IMG/VR virus record: IMGVR_UViG_2695420565_000013
Length of the DNA stretch: 18,319 nt
Reading direction: 5' to 3' (one strand)
Source of the DNA: a virus
Lineage: Duplodnaviria > Heunggongvirae > Uroviricota > Caudoviricetes
Positions 16,334 to 18,319 of the stretch are shown piece after piece. Under the pieces are notes generated by a model that saw nothing but the letters and a program-made list of their open reading frames with translations, did not search any database and was not told the origin of the DNA. Position numbers and translations under genes: made by a program. The stretch's first letter is position 1. The number at the start of each line of letters is the position of its first letter.

Positions 16334-16546
16334 TCAAAGCGCCACTACATGAACAGCGGCAGGACCTTTAGGTCCGTTCTCAATACCAAATTCAACTTCC
16401 TGATTCTCAGTTAATGTTTTGAAATCGTTGCTCTGAATTGCTGAGAAATGGACAAACACATCTTTGCTGCCATCTTTCGGCGTGATGAAACCAAAACCTT
16501 TTTCAGGGTTAAACCATTTCACTAAACCAGTCATTTTGTTAGACAT
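16334..16546 (-). CDS. cspI: Cold shock protein, CspA family (70 aa)
   Basis: [70 protein letters not shown]: cold-shock domain with RNP1 motif KGFGFI and RNP2-like VFVHF. AAGG Shine-Dalgarno as in cspA. Matches the Qin-encoded CspI as recalled and lies next to Rz as in K-12. Confidence 0.9.
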   Translation of the reverse strand: MSNKMTGLVKWFNPEKGFGFITPKDGSKDVFVHFSAIQSNDFKTLTENQEVEFGIENGPKGPAAVHVVAL

Positions 16547-16907
16547 AATTATTACCTTTTGAAGAAATTAGCCCTTGGGCAGAATGGTCCGAAAAAAATA
16601 TCAGAGAGAAAAACCAACAAGGAAATCTCAAGAGGTACAAATAATAAAATTATAACAATGACTGCTTCAGATAAATTTGTAACAAACCAGAACACCATTA
16701 ACGCATGATTAACCACCCATAGCAAGGATTACTTTTGTAAAGAAAAACACAGCAATGAAAGAATAGCTTTATTTATTAATAAAACGTGTCATTCTGATTA
16801 AGACCTTTTATCTTACCCTTAAGATTTCAGGAATTTTGGCTCATGGAAGAGTCCTTTTTATTTAAATTTTACATTCCGCGATGTAAATGTTCCGATTTAA
16901 TATTACC

Positions 16908-17931
<1,024 letters not shown>

Positions 17932-17935
<4 letters not shown>

Positions 17936-18211
17936 ATATATTTATGATGAGGACGCTCGTGCTTATTGGCAGGATTTTCAATCTTAAAGGAGTACTGATG
18001 CTGCAGATAAGACTCAACTTTTTCTGACAATTTTTCTGCTACTTCCAGGAAGACTTGCCGGACGCTCCTTCTGGCTGCTGCCTCATAAAACTCCAGCGCA
18101 GCTCCTTCAACACGGTCCATGGCGACATCCAGGTCAAAAATTTCACCGTCAAAGCGTTCCTTGTCCTGTAAGGCTACAGTTACCGTAACTTTATTCTCAA
18201 AATTACGGACT
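17932..18211 (-). pseudogene. 3' part of the gene upstream of R (ydfR-like position, between holin and endolysin); 5' end removed by the IS629-like insertion
   Basis: The reading frame is open from the IS boundary (18211) to the stop at 17932-17934 (...VRNFENKVTVTVALQDKERFDGEIFDLDVAMDRVEGAALEFYEAAARRSV...HKYI*). The only internal ATG (18120) lacks a Shine-Dalgarno. Upstream of 18211 the frame continues into IS sequence and hits a stop. Confidence 0.45.
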
Positions 18212-18319
18212 CTGAACCGCCCCGGGTTTCCTGGAGAGTGTTTTATCTGTGAACTCAGGCTGCCAGATCATCGTTTCCGATGGAAGCATAATAAGCTTTT
18301 TCTGCTTCTGCCGGAGGAG
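18212..18319 (-). mobile_element. IS629-like (IS3 family) insertion sequence, terminal 108 bp; element continues beyond the window
   Basis: 18212 onward reads TGAACCGCCCCGGGTTTCCTGGAGAGTGTTTTATCTGTGAACTCAGGC..., which matches the IS629/IS1203 terminal inverted repeat as I recall it (IS3-family ends start with TG). The minus strand encodes the OrfB C-terminus. Confidence 0.75.
18255..18319 (-). CDS. IS3-family transposase OrfB, C-terminal 21 codons (partial; runs off the window)
   Basis: Minus-strand translation ...PPAEAEKAYYASIGNDDLAA* with TGA at 18255-18257, 43 bp inside the IS end. This matches the C-terminal motif of IS629/IS3-type transposases as I recall it. Confidence 0.7.
   Translation of the reverse strand, partial: PPAEAEKAYYASIGNDDLAA

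Overview
This window is the late (lysis, packaging and morphogenesis) region of a lambdoid, Qin-like enterobacterial prophage, with almost every gene on the minus strand. Read in transcription order (right to left) it contains: a partial IS629-like element at the right edge, cut into the gene upstream of the endolysin; a SAR-type endolysin R; spanins Rz with embedded Rz1; an AT-rich moron island matching the K-12 Qin order cspI – ynfN – gnsB – ydfO (DUF1398, plus strand) – ynfO; terminase small and large subunits; gpW; portal; a ClpP-like protease fused to an HK97-type major capsid protein; a DUF2190-like head protein; FII, Z, U, V and G/G-T tail genes; a tape measure gene split into two frames; M, L; and only the first 48 codons of K. 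Strong hairpin plus U-run terminators follow the capsid and major tail genes. All identifications rest on reading the translations and on recalled family features; no database search was run. The prophage looks defective (K truncated, tape measure frameshifted, IS insertion). I did not find a clearly novel system; the best candidates for undescribed function are the cold-shock/lipid moron island and the GC-rich repeat island upstream of the terminase.
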